NCBI GenBank assembly: GCA_964036045.1
Contig: OZ038378.1
Coordinates: forward strand, 102,734,001-102,798,000
Reading direction: 5' to 3'
Length of the DNA stretch: 64,000 nucleotides
Origin: Eutreptiella sp. 'Long Island Sound 2002'
Lineage: Eukaryota > Protista > Euglenida
Shown: positions 24,742 through 34,950 of the stretch, one piece after another
How positions within the stretch are numbered: position 1 is the first letter of the stretch
Layout: the number at the start of each line of letters is the position of its first letter
Notes under the pieces: generated by a model
Seen by the model: the letters and a program-made list of their open reading frames with translations, nothing else
The model's database searches: none
Told to the model about the DNA's origin: nothing
Made by a program: the position numbers and the translations under genes

Positions 24742-25400
24742 TCCGTTGCCCGCCTGTCTGGACCTGTGCTGTCTGGGCCTGCGCTGTCTGCGGCAGACGA
24801 TGGGCCGTCGGGTCGTCCGTGCGTGCCGTTGATTGCCGGGTTGAGGCCATATATAATGTTCCTGTCTTGCTGTCCTGTGCTGCCTGTCGCTGGCCAGCAA
24901 ACCGGGCATCACCGCGGGCGACAAATGCGTCCACACCAGTGTACCCAGCGGTGTAACCAGTGGCAGGGTAGGCGCTAGCCAAGGGCCTAGCCGAGTCGGC
25001 GCCAGCGGCACCAGTTACTCGCATGTATGATTGAAGGGCAGGCATGTCAGTACGGCCGGCCGCCTGTTCCGTCCGTTGCCTGTATGTCTGGACCTGTGCT
25101 GTCTGGGCCTGCGCCGTCTGCGGCGGACGATGGGCCGTCGGGTCGTCCGTGCGTGCTGTTGATGGCCGGGTTGGGGCCATATATGATGTTTCTGTCTGGC
25201 TGTCCTGTGCTGCCTGTCGTTGGCCAGCAAACTGAGCATCACCGCGGGCGACGGATGTGCCCACACCAGTGTACCCAGCGGTGTGACCAGTGGCAGGGTA
25301 GGCGGTGGCCAAGGGCCCAGCCGAGTGGGTGCCAGCGGCACCAGTCTTTCGCATGCATGATTGAAGGGCAGGCATGTCCTTACGGCCGACTGGCCACTGT
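24742..25400. repeat. 330-bp in-frame tandem duplication (110 aa) within ORF1
   Basis: gtctggacctgtgctgtctgggcctgcg at 24756 and 25086. The TARTDDPTAHR.PQTAQAQTAQVQT unit is repeated in ORF 24737-25723. Confidence 0.9.
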
Positions 25401-25598
25401 GCTGTCGGGTCGTCCGTGCGTGGGTTGACGCGGTCGTCCGCTCCAGGTTCATGCCCGTATCGGCTGCTCACTGTGGAGAAGGATGCAAGGCAGGTGTTGG
25501 ATGGGTCCGCAAGTTCCCCTGTTGTCCCCTTCATCCACATGCATGGGCATACCAGCACGTCAAGGGACGCGGAATCCCGCTGGTCGGCGGGAGTAATG

Positions 25599-26883
25599 CA
25601 GGGGGGGGGGAAAAATGCGATTCGCATTTTTTCGCATTTTCCGCATTTTTTTTCGCATTTTCTGGGCAGGTCCCTTAGTGTAATGTTCAAGAGGATACAT
25701 TCAAGTGGCATTGTGTAGTTCAACTAAAGGGTAGTTTTGTAGTCAAGTCAGTGTTTGCATACCTTCCCAACACCGCCACTTTTGTTTGTTACATGGCTCC
25801 TTTTCCCTTAGACATGTCACATGCTATGCCCTCCCATTGCCCTCCTTCTGAGCCCACATCTGATGATGGAAATACGGTCTTTGCCTTCGCCGGTGCCGGA
25901 AATTGTTTGATGTGATGGAGGAGATGCTCAATGCGTTGAAGAATCGCTTCGAGAAGGAGGCTGAACAACTTGAGTTCTTCCGGCAGCTGCGTGTGCTCAA
26001 CCCACGCAACCTCAGTGACATGGATACAAACTTGTCCTCCTACAAGTCGCTGAAGCTGGATGAAGTTCCTGGCGTCCAAGAGGAGTGGAATTTGTACCGC
26101 AGAACGGAGTTCCGGAACATCAACAACGGTGATGAACTTCTTGCATGGTGGGAGAGTCGGCCAGACTCCCTTTTCAAGGAGGCGGTGTTGTTCTTGATCA
26201 CCATCCCTACCAGCAGTGGGGCAGTGGAGAGGTTCTTCTCGCAAGCTGGCAACGTCTCCAAGAAGCAAAACAAGTTGTTGAATCAGATGAGGCGATTGGC
26301 TTTTATGGCGCGCTTCAACTTGGATGTCGAAGGGCGCCTTGTATAGTGTAGCTTCCGACAGCCGCCAACGTATACCTACGGGCGGTTAAGCTATCCAACT
26401 AGGGGCGAATAGTCGGGGGCAACGAACCGCGAAACGCATCGATACGCCAAGCTCACTGGACTGGGCACCCTGTGGGCTTGGGAAGGCTTCCGGCAGCCGC
26501 CATTGTATTCTTACGGGCGGTTAAGCTATCCATTGAGGGGCGAATAGCCGGTTGCTTCAATGGGGTATGGGGCGGAGGCAGTATTGGGGCTCTGCTGCTT
26601 CTTGCCGAGGGTGTAACGCCCCTCCTCCTAAACCACAGTAGAAGGGTGAGACTTGCCTACCACGCTTTGCATGTTGAGCCGGGGCCGTAGTCTTCACATT
26701 GATGGAGCGATGGTGTCAACAGATCAACATGCGTCTTGATAAACATAGGGGTTTTGGGAGTCCTATAGCATTGTAGCAAAACCGCATTTTATGCCGCATT
26801 TTTTCTCGCATTTTCCGCATTTTTTCCGCATTTTTCCGCATTTTTTTCCAATCCCGGCGACCGCATTTCCCCCCCCCCCCCTG
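25599..26883 (+). mobile_element. 1285-bp internally deleted hAT DNA transposon nested in LINE ORF1
   Basis: Termini CAG(G)n-AAAAATGCG and CGCATTT-(C)n-CTG. Flanking duplication AGTAATG at 25592-25598 and 26884-26890. Arrays of cgcatttt subterminal repeats at both ends. Carries a hAT dimerisation domain. Confidence 0.92.
25903..26346 (+). pseudogene. hAT transposase C-terminal dimerisation domain (truncated)
   Basis: EEWNLYR...LLAWWESR...LFLITIPTSSGAVERFFSQAG is the canonical hAT dimerisation signature. Confidence 0.92.
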
Positions 26884-28099
26884 AGTAATGGAGGGGATGT
26901 TGGGGATGACCGTCCCCAATTCCCCTTTGTGGGTCCTGGGTCGGCGCCTCCTCCATCGCTGCTGTCGGGGGCGTGCCTGTTGTCCTTGCTGTCCGGCCAC
27001 CAGGTCCCAGCCTCCAGCGAACGGGAAAACCCCAGCGTGTCCCCAGCCGGACGGTTCCGGTCCCTGTTCCGGTGCCTGTTCCTCGTCAACTCCGTGATGT
27101 GGTGCCCTTTCCCCATGGGTTTTGGGGGGGTCCGGGCTGGTGCACAGGGGGTTGGGTGTCTGGTGCGTCCGTTGTGTAGTACACTTGTTGGTGCTGCTGT
27201 GGGTGTCCCATTTCCGGTGCCGGTTGGAAGGACGGGTAGCCACCCTGGTCCATTGGTTGGTGACGGGGGGCGTGCGGGTGATCCGCCAGTGGTCGTGTTC
27301 GATCCCTCGAGAGCCAGGTGGACAGGTAGCCCAATGCCGGTTCTGCGTGTGTGCGTCGGTGCTTCGGTGCGTCGGTGCGGAGGACCTCTAGCGCGGCGGC
27401 GTTTTGTTCGCTGAACTGTGCCCAAGTCCCTAGCTTGTCCTCTTCCACTATGTGCTGGCCATGCCTGTCTACGACTGCCCGATACTGCATGTGTGGTTCA
27501 TATTGCGTCTGCAGTAGGTAGGGTGCTTCACTATGGTAATGTGCCGGCTGTGCCGTTGTCTGTTTTATGTGTGTGGCCGCGTGCAGTGGAGGGGGCTGAC
27601 GGTTCACGTCCCTGTGTCCGTGTTGGAGGGCAGGGACCGCACAGGGTACTTCCGGGCTGGGGGGGTTGCGGTAGAACCGCAGCGGTTCTGCCACAGGGGT
27701 CGGGGGTTGGGGGGCCGGGGCTTGAGGTTGATGTCAGGGTTCATGCAGGAGGACCTGCCGTTCACCTTGGCGTGTGTCGATGTTCACGCAATAGCGTCTG
27801 CGTGCCTGTGGCGGTTCAGGCTCGCCTTTTGGCGGCTCCGTCTGGTTGCGGATTCGGTCACCGTGTCTGTCCGTGCTGATGCGCTGTGGTGCCGAGGCTT
27901 CGGGGGTCACGGTTTGCAGTGGTTGCTGGATGGACCGGCAGATTCCTGCTACAGAGTCCGCAAGGGACGTCATGGCCCACAGGGCCTGGGTGAGTTCGCC
28001 CTTGGAGCTGTGCTTCCGAGACTTTTTCCGGCGGCTGTAACTGTCACTGTCACTGTCGCTGGTGCTGTCGCTGTCTGCGTCCCTACGTGACCGTCTACC

Positions 28100-28330
28100 T
28101 CCTCCCTTCAGACCCACCAGTCGCAACGTCATGTGGATGGGTCCGTGTGCGGTTGCGGTCGGGGTCGGGTCGTTGTCTCCGAGCGGTTGTCCTTGGTAGA
28201 ACAGTCGCTGGTGATGTGGTGGGGGTAGGTGTGGTGTGAGGTGATGGAGGGCATGTTTGATGCCCATGACTGACCTGGTTGCCGGGAGGCAAACCGGGGG
28301 TCCGGCGTCGCTCACGATCACCGACCTAGA
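28100..28330 (-). other. Ubiquitin-like domain ending in LKGG within ORF1
   Basis: TRSVMGIKHALHHL...PPPHHQRLFYQGQPLGDND...PIHMTLRLVGLKGG parallels ubiquitin TIENVKAKI...PPDQQRLIFAGKQLEDG...TLHLVLRLRGG. Confidence 0.6.
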
Positions 28331-29765
28331 GTGCCACGCAGGGTGGGGTTGGGAGGGGGGGATGGATTGATGCGAGAACGCCGTGTTTCGGCAAATCCTA
28401 TTTCGCGAGCGTTGCGGTATATGCAATGGCAGCGTTGTTATGTTCAACACAGGGTGTATGACCAGTTGTTGGTGTGAGTCCTTCGTGGAGTCGTACATGG
28501 CGTTTACGGTGTGGTCTGGGCAATGGCGCGGACGGGGAGCAGGGCTCCTCACCGTGGGTGTAGGCGTTGTTGGCGGGGAGCATTGCTTTGCTCTGCCGTT
28601 GGCCGTTCCATGGTGTGTCACTGTGTTTTGGCATGTTGTCAAGTTGGTGGTGTTGGCTGGCGGGGAGCAGGGCTCCACTCCGCCGTCTCCGTTGTGTTGC
28701 AGGAGCACGATGATTTTTATCATCAATCCTAAGGTGCACAGAGGTCGTGGCCTCCATGGGGTTCCGTTGGGTCTCACGGCGGTTTGCGAAGGGCGGGGAG
28801 CCAGGCTCCGCACCGCCGTCATGTTGTTCTTCGTCATGTTAGGTGTGTCCGGTTGTTGGTTGTCGTTGTCATGACGGGGAGCTGTGCTCCGCACGGCCGT
28901 TTGGGGCGTGTTTGGGCGGGGGACAAACCTGGCTCGGGGCGTTGCGTCTTCCGGGAGTCGGTTACATCCCATCCAGCCACGCTCTGGTCTCAGGCCATCC
29001 GAACGGCGAGCGTCTGCAGCATGATACGAAGCACTTACACAGGTGTCCTTGATTAGTGGGTCGGAGTAGTTGGATTCGATGACCGGTGGAGCAGCCTCAG
29101 AATTCTTCAGGACAGTGTTGTACATCAGCAACTGAGCGGCCTGCTTGGGGTTCATGGACTCAGCGTTGACAGAAGTCCTTGGGGCCTTTTGGTACCGTTG
29201 GTCATCCTCACTGTGTCCCCATATGTCGTGGTGTTCCGAGTCATAATAATTCCCCATAACCCCGTAGTCCCCGGGGTACTCGTCAGGTGCTTTCTCATTT
29301 TCTTCCGTTGTCTCAGTTATGTCTATCACCTCGCCGGCGTCCCCAGCGTTGCGCAGGGAGGAAGTACCGGGGGCATACTTGATATCCTGGCTGGTGGCCG
29401 TCTCCATAATTGCTTGTCCTTTTTCGGCATGGTCAATCTCTGTCCTCGGGACGTCCGACTTGTCGATGAACTCGTCCGTCACTTGGCCAAAGGTGGTGTT
29501 GATCTCAGGAGTGTCGCTGCCAGTTGCACAAGAGGAAGGACTGGCTGGGCCCGGCCCGTACCCTCCGTAATAGTGGGCAATACTTGGGTTGTGATTGTCC
29601 TCGGCGGGGGATGATCTCCGGACGATGCTGGCTCCCACGTTGCTCGTGTTGACGTTGACTTCGTGATCGGATAAGAACGCCTGCCGTAACAAGGCTAGGA
29701 GCAAGGCAAAGCATCTTACATCACGGTGCCCCATGCTGGGCTTTCCGTGGTCCATTTGTAGGTAC

Positions 29766-29792
29766 TGAAAAAAAATAGACACTCAGAAAGTG
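29766..29792 (-). other. Euglenid spliced-leader (SL) exon relic marking the LINE 5' end
   Basis: The minus strand reads (C)ACTTTCTGAGTGTCTATTTTTTTTCA, which matches the Euglena SL as I recall it (ACTTTCTGAGTGTCTATTTTTTTTCG) at 25 of 26 positions. It directly abuts the right TSD. Confidence 0.9.
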
Positions 29793-29811
29793 AAACTGAA
29801 CATTTGTGTGT
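29793..29811. repeat. Right target-site duplication of the large LINE
   Basis: aaactgaacatttgtgtgt followed by a T-run, matching 14600-14618. Confidence 0.9.
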
Positions 29812-31859
29812 TTTTTGGGGCGGGGTACTACACTTTTATCAGACTTTTCCTTGGACGTGCTGTAATTTGGGTCTACAACACGACATGCCAAATGTGATTT
29901 CAGACTGCATACTTTATACACATCGCTGCGTGGCACCCCTACAAACATGTTTGCAATATCATCTGGCGAAATTCTTTCTTTTTGTTTTCGTACATAACCG
30001 CTCCCGTGTTTGGGGCTAGTGCGCGCATATATAACCACCCCAAACTCATGGTCATAGAGAAAGCTACTGCTGCGCTACTTCTCGCAGCCCCAAACATGCG
30101 GGCACAACCTCATCAAAAAATGACCCTATTTGAGGGACGTGCTGACCGAGCAGCCCTAAACACACGAGATGGGTTGCGCATCCTTCGGGGCCTGGAATGC
30201 CTCCTTAATTATTCTCTCCTAGCCATCTGTGTAGTGGGACACTTCGTGCGTAGTTGCACTTGGGCTAGGCGGGCCGACGGGTCGGGTTTAGTAGCCACGT
30301 GTGTGCTTCACCGCTGTGTGGGTCTACTCGTCGACCTTGCCGGTCCAGCTGAGCGAAAATGCAGTATGTCTGCACCACATGCTGCGCACTTCTGTACACT
30401 ACGCAATGGCACAATGACACGCCCGCTGCCGCCCGTTTGGAGGAATGTTCTGAGGCCCTGCTCGCAAAATGCGGGCAGGGTGCAAGCAACAGCCGGACAA
30501 GCACACGGCACATGGGGCTGGTGTTCTTTTCTGCACCATGCCCCCCGTTAGCAGTCACGTGCAACGGACTCCCTCTCTTAAAGTGTGTGTGTAGAGGTGC
30601 GGGACACGGTATGGGCAATGATGTGTGGTGCAGGACGGGAGGTGCATCGCACTGTACGATGGTCCTCAGGTCTAGTGAGTGTGGTTTTAGGCAGAAAGAG
30701 AACAACGTACGTGTTCCCCAAAAAGGGAACCGGGGTACGCTAAATGTTGCGTTTATGAATTCTATTCGAAAGCGCTTTCTGCGCACCTTGGTAGGTGGAC
30801 AAGGGCTCCGCGATGATCCCATGGATTACATATGACAACATATCCCATCTAGGCCAGTTGTGAACCGCCGCGAGGCTCGGGCACCTATAGAAACAGTTGG
30901 GTTCATACCAATTGCAATGGAGCACACTGTTCCCCCAGTGCCAAATGCAATGTTCATTGATCATGTGCGTGCCCCCCTCCAGGAGGGTGTACCTGTGATA
31001 CTGGCCACACATGCCATAGATGTTGACGCCCTCTCTGATGGACCTGTACATGTTGTGCTCAGTGAGGATTTACGTGAATTTGGCCGGATAGATTTAGACT
31101 GAGCACGAGGGGGGTGGCAGTGCAAACCCCCTGCCCCGACAGCCCAATGGGCATTTTGATGTGTACACTCTATTATTGGTGTCTCCCAAACTTCTGGGCT
31201 CTGCAGAGCGGAGCTTTGTCTGACACTGAGTTTTGAGGGGTTTTATTACTGGTTCTTGTTACTCTGGCCCCTGCACAGCCCAGCCTGTCACCATTGCCCG
31301 ATATGTACCCCCATCTGGTCATTTTTTGTTCCTGTCTTAGGGCTGGGCCAGTCCAAGACCATGCCATCACCGTGCTTTCATCTATGCACACATCTCCATG
31401 CTTTCGTATTGTAGTGTGCACCCGTTGCGTCAGCCTTTGTGACCCTCAAAGAGGTGTGCCTGGCACCGTTGCACTGATACACTGATACATTGTGACGATG
31501 TTTGAAGGTAAAATGCCACAAGGAGGTTTGTTTCCGGTGTTGCAGGCCATTTGGACAGGCCCAATTTTACTGTTACTCCATACCTGAGTCAACGAGGGAG
31601 GTTTTGGTGGGCCTGTTTGATGCCATGACCATCAACGTGCACTATACATTGTATTTGAGACGCCTCCGCAGTGATTAGCTGTTTTGAAGACCGTTTTGCC
31701 TATTGCAAGCCCTGCGGCTGCCAAATTGAATGCTTTGTTCCAACTAATTTGCTGTCCAAATGTGCCATTTGCCATCATTGATGCTTTGAACTGTGTGCTT
31801 GCTGTGCTACTTTTCGTGACCTCATTTGTCTTGTAAAGTCCGCGTGTTTCTCATACATG

Positions 31860-34800
31860 TGTGACATACCAAACGACATCGCCATGGATGGCAACGCTGG
31901 TGAGACACCAGCGATGGACACCCTGGAAGCCGAGAAAGTGGAGGCACTGCAGCCAGAGCCCTCCATAGAGGAAGCTGCACAGGGCATCATTGTTGCTAGG
32001 GCCAGCTAGGTCAGTCACTCCCTATCGCAAGTGGGGAACAAGTCTAGTGTCGCAAGGAAGATGGGTAGCATCAAGGACTTGACAAGCGTACTGGCGGTTG
32101 CAATCTACGTGGAGGTGAGGAGAACCAAGGTGAATCGCAAGGAATTGAACATTGACAGGACCATGGAATATGGGCAATCACGGCTTGTCGATTGGGACCA
32201 GGTTGCAGAGGTAAAGGAGGACCTACTTGCAAACCCCCTTGATGGCCGACTGCAGCTTCCGGTCTGGGACGACGAAGGTATGGGAATGTCGCGTCGCAAT
32301 TTGATCAACGAAACAGGTTACTTTGTCTGCCTTGTGTTATGCGCCATGCCGTTGCATTCAGTGGGAGCCCTTTGGGTGATTGGAGGCCAACACGGCGTTG
32401 CGGCGTGTGATGACATTTGCAAGGATGTGATAGCAAGGATGGGCGCGGTCGAGGACTGGATGACCAACTTTGACGTGCGCATCATCAAGTCAGATACATC
32501 CGTTGACATCAGGCGAAAGCTAGGTCGACCACGGAATAGGGGACAACACAGTGGACGTGAGAGCAGCGTACCCTGACTGTTGAACAATTTCCTACAACTG
32601 GCGGCTGAGGACACAGAGTGTAAGAAGACAATTGTCAGCTTGATGTGTGAGGCAATGGTGGAGGCGGAGCTCACTGCGAAATCCGGCAACACGGAGACAA
32701 TCGTCAAGCAAATGAGGCCAGCTGCCCATATGGCCTTGACGTTTGGTACCACCTTGACGGACGCACTAGGCAAGATGGTGGAACGCAAGCAGGTGATTGC
32801 CCTTTATGCAATGCGATGCTTCGCTGGAATGCAACCCAAAAATTTGTGGCGCGTATGCAACTACATGGCCTCGCCAAAGACTACAGTACCAGGCTTCCAG
32901 AAGCTGGCAAAGGAGCTCTGCGCTAAGGAATGTTGGTGGTATCGCTTTGGTAATCCCGACATGCTCGTTGAGCGCATCCACCCTTCAAGACGTATGTTGT
33001 TGCCGTGTAAGCCCCCTGTGTTTTGTTATGAGACATTGTAATACAACCCCGATTCCATGGGCACGCTAGATGAAGTATAATGACCGATTTTAGTATGACA
33101 CCAAGCAATTTGAGTTTGCTGGGCTCTGCAGAGCTCAGGATCCCATGGGATGCAGATTGACTGGAACTACACAGACGGTGTGCCTGGTGGAACTTTCGTA
33201 ACTTTACAGATGTTCACTAGTGCAACCTTGCTTAATGATGTCCAAGGAAATCGCCCCCCCTCCCAGACATCCCACATTTCCCCATTTTGTTCGTGCTGGG
33301 CTCTATAGAGCCCACGTCCAGCAAATTGACCAATTTCAACCGTCAAGTTCCCAATTGGAGAGTACTGGGCTGTGCACAGCCCACGACCCCATGGGATGCC
33401 AATTGAATGGATCTACAGAGACGCTGTGCCTGTTGGAACTTCCGCAACTTCACTGCTGTTGACTGGTGCAACCTTGCCTGATGATGTCCGATGACAGCCC
33501 CCCCCCCCCTGACACCCCCTAATTCACCATTTTGGTCATGCACGGCTCTGCAAAGCCAAGATCAAGCACATTGACCAATTTCAGCCGTCATATTACCAAT
33601 TTGAGAGTACTAGGCTTTGCAGAGCCCGCGATCCCAAGGAATGCAAATTTACGTTGTGCCCGATCTCTGTGACTTGGCGGATCGCTGGTTCCTGTTGCAC
33701 CATGCTCTTCTTTGTGGCTCTCGTGCACACAGGCACTAAGACTGGAGTGGCTCGCATCTCCAAGAAGTTTAGTCACCATTTGGCGAATTTTGCTGCATGG
33801 CAAGGGAGCTGGGAGTTCAGCGAGTCCACGCCGTGGCCACCGCTTGAGGCGCTGTTGAAGGCTGGTTTGTGTGTCAGCGATTGAAAGGATGTCGAAGCAC
33901 ATCGCGGACTGCTTGTGAGACTAGTGTTGAAGCCGGCTGTTGAGGTGTCTAGTGGCGGATTGACAAAGGTCAATATCGGCAAGGGATCACAATGCGGAGA
34001 AATTTGGGCGTACAATGGATTAGTTCCCGCAGTGCCCAATGCGATCAAAATGCTAAGGTACAATGTCGTCATTGTTGAAGTCCCCCGGCGAGGAGGGTGC
34101 AGAACTCGTGCGCAAATCGTGCGTGTGCTGTCTCAAGGGGTACTTGGCGCCTTTTTTGGACGCCATGGGGATTTGGTCGCCGTGGAACAACACTTACATT
34201 GCAATCCGAAGATTTATACCCAACAGCTTTGCGCATGGCTGTCAACCTGGAACGCGGAGAAGAACCGTATTTGTTCGAGCAGTCAACTCTGTGGCTGGTG
34301 AAGACCCATGGTCTGGGTCTGCCGCACTTCCTCACACAAAAGTCGGTCATTGAAGGCCTTTGGCTCGGTTTGGCTATTCTGTGGTGGTTGGTGAATTTGC
34401 TGGAGGACCCCAACGATGACACGGACGACACACACATGGATATTGATGCATCGCGCTGCCTTTGGGCACTTTACTGTGGCCGCCGCCCCGACCTGATTAG
34501 TCTGGGCTGTATTCACAGGCTGTCTCGTTGAAATGCCCATGGGGTGTATTATTTGATGACCCCTACAATGCAGCTGATGTGGTGAACCTGCCGAAGACAA
34601 ACGTCCGGAAAGGCGACACGGAGGAGGACGTTGCGTGGCGGAGTGTCATGCACTAGGCAAGCATAAGCCGGCCGCTGTTCCAGCAGCAAGAGTTTCCGGA
34701 CCAAGCGGCTAACGCGGACAGTAGTGAGTCAAAATTCCAGAAGGTGCTGGTTCCGCAAGCTCCCAAACCAAAGGAGAAAACCGATAAACAACGGCAGTAG

Positions 34801-34950
34801 GAGCAGGAGAAGGCTAAGCGCGATTTGCGGAAGCAAGGGGAGGCAAGGGATCGGCAATGTAAAAAGGAGGAGAAGGAGAAGGAGAAAAAGGCGAAAGAGG
34901 ACGAGCGAGCCAAAATCGCAAGAGGAAAGAAGAAGAGGATGAATTAGCAA
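31860..34950 (+). pseudogene. Spliced pseudogene encoding a ParB/Srx-like domain protein, probably transposon-associated
   Basis: QSRLVDWDQVAEVKEDLLANP...WVIGGQHGVAA (GGQH at 32382-32393). Candidate GT-AG introns 32278-32361 and 32992-33732 join the exons in frame. In-frame stops, e.g. at 32577. Charged low-complexity C-terminus near 34800-34945. Confidence 0.55.
33100..33660. repeat. ~246-bp tandem repeat (about 2.3 copies) inside an intron
   Basis: aatt(t/g)gag...gggct(c)tgca(g)agc...cccatgggatgc...tgtgcctg.tggaact...tgcaaccttgc.t.atgatgtcc near 33105, 33352 and partly at 33598. Confidence 0.8.

Larger units (their letters stand above)
19933..29755 (-). pseudogene. LINE ORF1 polyprotein, about 2,800 aa after removing the nested hAT
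   Basis: ATG at 29755 lies 10 nt after the SL. Track ORFs 27734-29782 and 27086-27694 share one frame; 24737-25723, 23504-24709, 22868-23284 and 22406-22774 share one frame separated by single stops. A few frameshifts then link 21603-22607, 20549-21508 and 19933-20466, ending in KGKGKGPSKNPQGKGKK*. Confidence 0.75.
14619..29792 (-). mobile_element. Full-length ~13.9-kb non-LTR retrotransposon (APE-RT-RNase H type) with a polyprotein ORF1, interrupted by a nested hAT derivative
   Basis: TSD pair, poly(A) tail and spliced-leader relic at the 5' end. Minus-strand coding is continuous from 29755 to 14777 with scattered stops and frameshifts. APE, RT and RNase H motifs are recognisable. Confidence 0.92.

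Noticed and set aside
28530-28905. NGDGGVEPCSP as a degenerate 2A
   Set aside because: It is an alternative-frame reading of a ~25-bp motif (ggggagc.ggctccgcaccgccgt) repeated five times and encoding TAVRS.APRP elsewhere.
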